This document shows positions 58,751-64,000 of a stretch of DNA of 64,000 nt, in pieces (position 1 is the stretch's first letter; each line of letters opens with the position of its first letter). Made by a program: the position numbers and the translations under genes. Under the pieces are notes generated by a model, which was given only the letters and a program-made list of their open reading frames with translations, was not told the DNA's origin and searched no databases. Source of the DNA: an uncultured Chloroflexia bacterium (GTDB lineage: Bacteria > Chloroflexota > Limnocylindria > Limnocylindrales > CSP1-4); assembly GCA_963746845.1 (NCBI GenBank), contig CAVVCZ010000004.1, positions 1,350,407 through 1,414,406 of the forward strand, written 5' to 3'.

Positions 58751-59791
58751 TCAGGACCCCGACGTGAACGACGTGTCGACGAGGGAGCTCGACGAGACCG
58801 GCTTCGCCGTCAGCCCGAGCGAGGTGATGTAGGTCGCCGAGGCGTCCCAGTCGGCCGGGTCGATCGCGCCCGTCAACGGCGCGCCCGCCGCGGCACCGGC
58901 CGGCCGCCAGGCCTCGATCGTGGCCGCGAGGATCGCCTCCTGGGTGGCCCGGTCCTTGGCCAGGTCCGGCACCGCCTTGATGGACGCGTCGACGCCGACC
59001 GACGGCGTGGCCGCGATCTCGTTCATCGCCTTCAGCGTCGCCCGGATGAACCCCGCGACGGCGTCCCGCCTGCTCGAGATGGTCGAGGTCGACGCGATGA
59101 TCCCGGGGCCCGGCAGCGGCGTGATCTCGTCGACCGTGAGGACGGTCGTCTTCGTGCCGGCGAGCTCGAGCTGGACCGGCTCGTTGTTCACGAACCCGGT
59201 CGCCGCGTCGACCGCACCGGCGGCCACCGCCGCCCCCTGGCCGAAGTCCGGGTACTCGATGATCGTGACGTCGGCCGGGGTCAGCTTCGCGGACGCGAGC
59301 AGCGCCTGGAGCATGATCCAGGACGATCCGTACTTGCCCGGGATCCCGATCCGCTTGCCCTTCAGGTCGGCGGCGCTCGTGATCCCCTTCTTCGCCTGGG
59401 CGAACACGATCGACGGGAACTGGCCGTAGATCGTCGCGGTGTACCGGATCGGGATGTCCTGGCTCACCGCGGGGATCACGCTCGTCCCGTCGGCGAGGCC
59501 GAGATCCACCTGCCCCAGCCCCACCTTCGGGACGAGGTTCGCGTCGATCTCGTTCTGGAACGTGATCTTCAGCCCCTCGGCGGCGTAGTAGCCCGCCTGG
59601 TCGGCGCGATAGAACGGCGCGAACTGGACGCTCGGGATGTAGCCGAGACCGACGGTCAGGCTCACCGGCTCCGGCGCGACCGACGACGCGGCCGACGAGT
59701 ACGCGGACGGCGGCGGCGTGACGCCGGCGGAACAGGCGGCGAGGACGGCGGTGAGGGCGACGACCGTGAGCGAGAGCGACCGACGGGGCAC
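58751..59791 (-). CDS. NMT1/THI5-like ABC substrate-binding lipoprotein (RibY-like)
   Basis: Lipobox LAAC, GYIPSVQFAPFY, GTSV, DLKGKRIGIPGKYG, NNEPVQL. GGAGG RBS before GTG 59791. Confidence 0.85.
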   Translation of the reverse strand: MPRRSLSLTVVALTAVLAACSAGVTPPPSAYSSAASSVAPEPVSLTVGLGYIPSVQFAPFYRADQAGYYAAEGLKITFQNEIDANLVPKVGLGQVDLGLADGTSVIPAVSQDIPIRYTATIYGQFPSIVFAQAKKGITSAADLKGKRIGIPGKYGSSWIMLQALLASAKLTPADVTIIEYPDFGQGAAVAAGAVDAATGFVNNEPVQLELAGTKTTVLTVDEITPLPGPGIIASTSTISSRRDAVAGFIRATLKAMNEIAATPSVGVDASIKAVPDLAKDRATQEAILAATIEAWRPAGAAAGAPLTGAIDPADWDASATYITSLGLTAKPVSSSSLVDTSFTSGS

Positions 59792-59817
59792 GGGAACCTC
59801 CAGGGCTGGGCGGTGGA

Positions 59818-60615
59818 CTAGCGAAGGCCGACGAGGCGGCGTTCGGCGAGGACGACGAGGCCGTAGCAGACGATCCCCAGGAGGGCGATCGTCGCGAGCG
59901 TGGCGAACAGCAGCGGGATGTCGAACAGGCTCCCGCGGGCGAGGTTGACGAGGACGCCGAGGCCCTTGTCGGCCCCGGCCCACTCGCCGACGATCGCGCC
60001 GACGACGGCGAGCGTCACGCCGACCCGCAGACCGCCGAGGATCGACGGCAGCGCGGCGGGGATCTCGACGTCGACGAGGACGCGGCGCGGAGTGGCGCGG
60101 AGGGACCGGGCGAGCTCGAGCAGGCCGCGATCGACCGAGCGGATCCCGACCATCGTCGCGATCGCGACGGGGAAGAACACGATCAGCCCGCAGATCACGA
60201 CCTTCGCGAGGAGGCCCGGGCCGAACCACAGCGCGAGGAGCGGCGCGAGCGCGAGGATCGGCACCGCCTGGGCGGCCACGAGGTACGGCGACGCCACGCG
60301 CTCCACGGATCGCCAGCGGGCGAGCGCGTAGCCGGCGATCACCCCGGCTCCGGCGCCGGCGACGAACCCGAGGAAGACCTCCACGATCGTGGTCCAGGCG
60401 TGCGGCGCCATCGTGCCGTCCGTCCAGGCGGTGACGAACCGGGCGATGACCTGCTCCGGCGCGGGCAGGATGTAGACGGGCAGCCCGCTGACCACGACGA
60501 CGAGCTTCCAGATCACGAGGAAGGCCACGAACGCGGCGACGACCGGCCACAGACCGGCGACCGTCGCGGCGGGCCGGCCGACCGAGGGTCCGGGACGCGC
60601 GGTCACGACCGTCAC
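59818..60615 (-). CDS. ABC permease, SsuC/TauC-type (RibX-like)
   Basis: YILPAP, QAVPILALAPL, IPAALPSILGGLR, GAIVGEW, GLG. Confidence 0.88.
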   Translation of the reverse strand: MTVVTARPGPSVGRPAATVAGLWPVVAAFVAFLVIWKLVVVVSGLPVYILPAPEQVIARFVTAWTDGTMAPHAWTTIVEVFLGFVAGAGAGVIAGYALARWRSVERVASPYLVAAQAVPILALAPLLALWFGPGLLAKVVICGLIVFFPVAIATMVGIRSVDRGLLELARSLRATPRRVLVDVEIPAALPSILGGLRVGVTLAVVGAIVGEWAGADKGLGVLVNLARGSLFDIPLLFATLATIALLGIVCYGLVVLAERRLVGLR

Positions 60616-61415
60616 GCCGCCGGCTCCACGCGCTCGGGATCGGTGAGGTGGCGGCGGATCTCGGCCGCGGCGTCCGAGGCGAGGGCCCCGTCGAGGGTCG
60701 CGAGCGAGCGCGGCCGCGCTGCGTCGATCCGGATCTCCGCGGCGACGCGGCCCGGCCGGGGCGTCATGACGACGACGCGGTCGGCGACGAGGATCGCCTC
60801 GGGGATGCTGTGCGTGACGATGACGACGGTCGTGGCCGTCCGGGCCTGGAGCTTGAGCATCTCGAGGTTGAACCGCTCGCGGGTCAGGGCATCCAGGGCA
60901 CTGAACGGCTCGTCGAGCAGGAGGACCTCCGGGGCCAGCGCGAGAGACCGCGCGATCGCCGCCCGCTGGCGCATCCCGCCGGACAGCTGCACCGGGCGGC
61001 GATCCGCGGCGTCCTCGAGGCCGACGATCTCGACGAGCTCGCGGACCCGGACCGCGATCCGGTCGCGCGGCCAGCCGGCGAGCTCCAGCGGCCAGGCGAC
61101 GTTGTCGGCGACGGACCGCCACGGGAGCAGCCGCGGCTCCTGGAAGACCAGCCCGATCCGCGGGTCCGGGGCGGAGAACGCCTCTCCGTCGATGGCGACG
61201 AACCCGTTCTCGGGAATGAGCAGCCCGGCCGCGACCCGCAGGAACGTCGACTTGCCGCAGCCGTTCGGGCCGATGAGCGCGACGACCTCGCCGGCGCCGA
61301 CACCGAGCGAGAAGCCGTCGAGGGCGACGGTCGGCGGAGTCCCGCGGTCCGCGGCCGGGAACGTGACCCGGACATCGCCGGCGGTGAGGTGGCCGGGCGA
61401 CGACGGACCGCTCAC
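60612..61415 (-). CDS. ABC ATP-binding protein, SsuB/TauB-type
   Basis: GPNGCGKST, VFQEPRLLPW, LSGGMRQR, LLDEPFSALDALTR. Confidence 0.92.
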   Translation of the reverse strand: MSGPSSPGHLTAGDVRVTFPAADRGTPPTVALDGFSLGVGAGEVVALIGPNGCGKSTFLRVAAGLLIPENGFVAIDGEAFSAPDPRIGLVFQEPRLLPWRSVADNVAWPLELAGWPRDRIAVRVRELVEIVGLEDAADRRPVQLSGGMRQRAAIARSLALAPEVLLLDEPFSALDALTRERFNLEMLKLQARTATTVVIVTHSIPEAILVADRVVVMTPRPGRVAAEIRIDAARPRSLATLDGALASDAAAEIRRHLTDPERVEPAA

Positions 61416-62854
61416 GACGGGGCCTGCAGGTCACGGATGATCGGCGCGATCGCCGGGTGGAGCCGTCGGTACGCGCTGTAGGTCGCGTCGTACCGCCCCC
61501 GCCATGCCGCCCGGGGCTCGAGCCGGCGCGAGATCCTCGTCATCCCGCGGATCGCGGCCGGGAGATCGGGCCACGCGCCGACCGCCGTCGCCCCGACCAT
61601 CGCCGCACCGGCCACGGCGGTCTCGAGGACGGTCGGCACCTCGACCGTGAACCCGGTCACGTCGGCCTTGATCTGGTTCCACGTCTCGCTCCGGGCCGGA
61701 CCGCCGCAGACGCGCATCGTCCGGACCTCGGCGCCGGCCTCGAGGACGCCTTCCGCGACGTGGCGGATCGCGAACGCCGACGCCTCGAGGATCGCCCGGG
61801 TCAGATGTGCGCGCCCGTGCCCGAGCCCGAGCCCCGCGAACGCGCCGCGCGCGCTCGGATCCCACAGCGGCGAGCGCTCGCCCGAGAGATACGGGAGGAA
61901 GACGACGCCGTCGGCGCCCGGCTCGATCGTGCCCGCCTCCTCGATCAGCCGTTCGGTCGTCGCCGCGCCGCCGAGGACGTCGAGCCGGTACCAGTCGAGG
62001 GCGCGGCCGGTCGCGGCCATCGCACCCCCGACCGAGTACAGCCCGCGCAGGGGCGCGATCGTCGAGAAGGAGCCGGGGACGACGAGCGGCCGATCCCAGT
62101 ACACGCCGAAGCCGCCCGCCGACCCACCCGGGTCCATCGCGTCGCCGGCCTGGGTCATCCCCGCGCCGTGGAAGCTCGCCCATGCGTCGACGATCCCGGC
62201 AACGACCGGGATCCCCGGGCGCAGGTCCAGCGCAGTGGCGACATCCGCTCGCAGCTCGCCGACCACCGAGCCGGCACGGACCGTCGGAGCGACCCGGTCC
62301 ACGGCCAGCCCGACGCCCGCGAGCGTCGCGGCGTCCGGGAACGGCTGGTCGTCGACGAGGCTCGTCGTCGCCCGGCCCGTCAGCCGCATCGCGACGACGT
62401 CCCACGTCGCGAGGTACCAGCGGGTCGCCGCGGCCGCCGCCGGATCGTGGCGCTCCAGCCACAGCGCGGCCGGCAAGCCCGCGAGGCTCCAGCCCTGGAG
62501 CCCGGTCGCCGCTGCCAGCTCGGCGCCCTCGGCGATCGAGCGCGTGTCCTGCCAGATGATCGCCGGGTGGGTGGCCCGCCCGTCCCCATCCACCGGCACG
62601 AGCGTCGGGCCGTGGCCGTCGATCCCGATCGCACAGACCTCCCCGACATCGAGCCGGACGAGCTCGCGCACCGCGAGCCCGATCGCCCCCCACCAGGCCT
62701 CCGGATCCTGCTCGGCGCGGCCGGTCGACGGGTCGACGTCCGTGGAGTAACCGGCACGCGCCAGACCCAGCAGACGTCCGTCGAGGCCCACGAGGCCGAC
62801 CTTCACCTCGGTCGTCCCGAGATCGATCGCGAGAACGGCGGTCTCGCGGCTCAT
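61412..62854 (-). CDS. FGGY family carbohydrate kinase (xylulokinase-like)
   Basis: AIDLGTTEVK, AEQDPEAWW, IIWQDTR, LPYLSGERSP, WNQIKADV. Confidence 0.9.
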   Translation of the reverse strand: MSRETAVLAIDLGTTEVKVGLVGLDGRLLGLARAGYSTDVDPSTGRAEQDPEAWWGAIGLAVRELVRLDVGEVCAIGIDGHGPTLVPVDGDGRATHPAIIWQDTRSIAEGAELAAATGLQGWSLAGLPAALWLERHDPAAAAATRWYLATWDVVAMRLTGRATTSLVDDQPFPDAATLAGVGLAVDRVAPTVRAGSVVGELRADVATALDLRPGIPVVAGIVDAWASFHGAGMTQAGDAMDPGGSAGGFGVYWDRPLVVPGSFSTIAPLRGLYSVGGAMAATGRALDWYRLDVLGGAATTERLIEEAGTIEPGADGVVFLPYLSGERSPLWDPSARGAFAGLGLGHGRAHLTRAILEASAFAIRHVAEGVLEAGAEVRTMRVCGGPARSETWNQIKADVTGFTVEVPTVLETAVAGAAMVGATAVGAWPDLPAAIRGMTRISRRLEPRAAWRGRYDATYSAYRRLHPAIAPIIRDLQAPS

Positions 62855-63807
62855 CCGTGCGCTCCGGCGTCGCGTGGGTCCGCGTCGTCGAGCGCCAGGA
62901 CCGCCTCGGCCGTCGGCTGGTCGGTCACGAGCGTCGTCAGCATCCGGCCGCGCAGGGCGCCGAGGATCGGCCGGACCTTGGCCGCGCCACCGGCGACGCC
63001 GATCCGGACGGGGATCCGGCCCAGCTCGCGGCCATCGAACGCGATCGTCCGGGCGCGGAGCGCGTCGCACACGAACCGGCCGTCGAGGTCGTACGGGCTG
63101 ACGAGCACCTCGCCCACGGCGCCGTCGCGCTCGAGATCGGCGGCGATGTCCGGGCCGAGCGCGGCGGCGCTCCACATCGGGCCGCCGATCCCGAACGCCG
63201 CGACCTCCAGCCGCTCCCAGAGGTCGGCGATCCGGCGGACGCCGGCGTGGGCGACGAGCGAGCGCTTCGTGGCGGGGTCGTCGACGAGGCCCGGGGCGAG
63301 GAGACCGATCGGCAGTCCGCCGATCCCGTCGGCCACGCGACGGAACGGCTCGCGGGCCGGCCCGCTGAACCAGTAGCCGCCGCACAGCGGGACGACCGTC
63401 GCGCCGGTCTCGTGGAGCGGCTCGTCGGCGTCGACCGCGTCGGCGACCGCGGAGATCGATGCGCCGTCGCCGATCCCGACCACCGCACCGTCGCGGATCG
63501 CGCCCCGGAGCACCTCGGCCGCCACCCGGCCGATCATCCGCCGGCTGACCTCTTCGGGCCCGACGAGCGCCGGCGACAGGTGGACCGCGCCGAGCTCGAA
63601 CCGCTCCCGGAGCGTCTCGCCGGCGGTCGACGAGACCGCCGCCCCGTCGACGATCCGGATCTCGACGATCCCCTCGGCGCGAGCGCGCTTCAGCAGTCGC
63701 GAGACCTGCGGCCGGGTGACGCCGAGGATCTCGGCCACGCGCGATTGGGTCTCACCGAGCTCGTAGTAGAGCCGGCTCGCCTGGATGAGCTGCTGGAGAT
63801 CGGACAC
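62851..63807 (-). CDS. SorC/DeoR-type sugar-binding transcriptional regulator
   Basis: RLYYELGETQSRVAEILGVTRPQVSRLLKRAR, FGIG, GVAGGAAK, LVTD. Start GTG 63807. Confidence 0.92.
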   Translation of the reverse strand: MSDLQQLIQASRLYYELGETQSRVAEILGVTRPQVSRLLKRARAEGIVEIRIVDGAAVSSTAGETLRERFELGAVHLSPALVGPEEVSRRMIGRVAAEVLRGAIRDGAVVGIGDGASISAVADAVDADEPLHETGATVVPLCGGYWFSGPAREPFRRVADGIGGLPIGLLAPGLVDDPATKRSLVAHAGVRRIADLWERLEVAAFGIGGPMWSAAALGPDIAADLERDGAVGEVLVSPYDLDGRFVCDALRARTIAFDGRELGRIPVRIGVAGGAAKVRPILGALRGRMLTTLVTDQPTAEAVLALDDADPRDAGAHG

Positions 63808-63822
63808 GAGGCTCCCGAGACT

Positions 63823-63884
63823 GCTGCACATCTGCACGATACAGATGTGCAGCCCAGTCTGGCCGGAGCGGGCCGCACCGTCAA
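63823..63884 (-). promoter_or_regulatory. Promoter and SorC-family operator
   Basis: Perfect dyad GCTGCACATCTG-N7-CAGATGTGCAGC (63823-63853) just downstream of TTGACG-N17-CAGACT. Confidence 0.8.
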
Positions 63885-63893
63885 GCACGCGGA

Positions 63894-63920
63894 AACGGCC
63901 CGGGCGTGGCCCGGGCCGTT
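63894..63920 (-). terminator. Probable intrinsic terminator of an upstream minus-strand gene
   Basis: 12-bp stem AACGGCCCGGGC-GTG-GCCCGGGCCGTT. Confidence 0.55.
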
Positions 63921-64000
63921 CATGGTGGAGGGAGGGGTGGGATCAGCTGGGCGTGGGTCGTCGAGCCGCAGCCTCTGCTGCCAACGACGACCGCGACCAG

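Noticed and set aside
63943-64000. 3' end of a minus-strand gene at the window edge
   Set aside because: Only about 19 codons are visible before a TGA and hairpin; too little to identify.

Overview
A very GC-rich bacterial chromosomal segment with dense gene packing, frequent ATGA/GTGA overlaps and many apparently leaderless genes. The gene repertoire suggests Chloroflexota, possibly Limnocylindria-like; this is inference only. From left to right it holds: the 5' end of an AcuC/HDAC-family gene; DUF3052-like and TatA genes; a PTS-dependent dihydroxyacetone kinase operon (dhaM-ptsH-MIP channel-dhaK-dhaL-ptsI) facing a divergent dhaL-paralogue/histidine kinase/response regulator/uracil-DNA glycosylase operon; NUDIX-MBL, YyaL, a Phd-VapC toxin-antitoxin pair, an LLM oxidoreductase, a compositionally atypical nuclease-helicase (DUF2075-like) and MerR-MFS; two novel-looking cysteine peptidase-like genes; Ku-LigD; an S8 protease and a coiled-coil PD-(D/E)XK protein; purine catabolism genes spread over about 29 kb (uricase, uraD, uraH, cyclic amidohydrolase, xanthine dehydrogenase-type subunits, malate synthase, guaD); a ROK-regulated sugar ABC/GH3 operon; an adenylate cyclase; ArsR-YCII; a c-di-GMP cluster; a D-aminoacylase; and a SorC-regulated FGGY kinase/RibXY-like ABC operon. 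I saw no tRNA, rRNA, CRISPR array or transposase. Three genes carry single-base frameshifts that look like long-read errors. The best candidates for undescribed biology are the DhaL-paralogue-coupled two-component system, the tandem I-site-only GGDEF receptor/surface-protein module, a shared intergenic element upstream of two unrelated genes, and the SorC-FGGY-RibXY-like operon.
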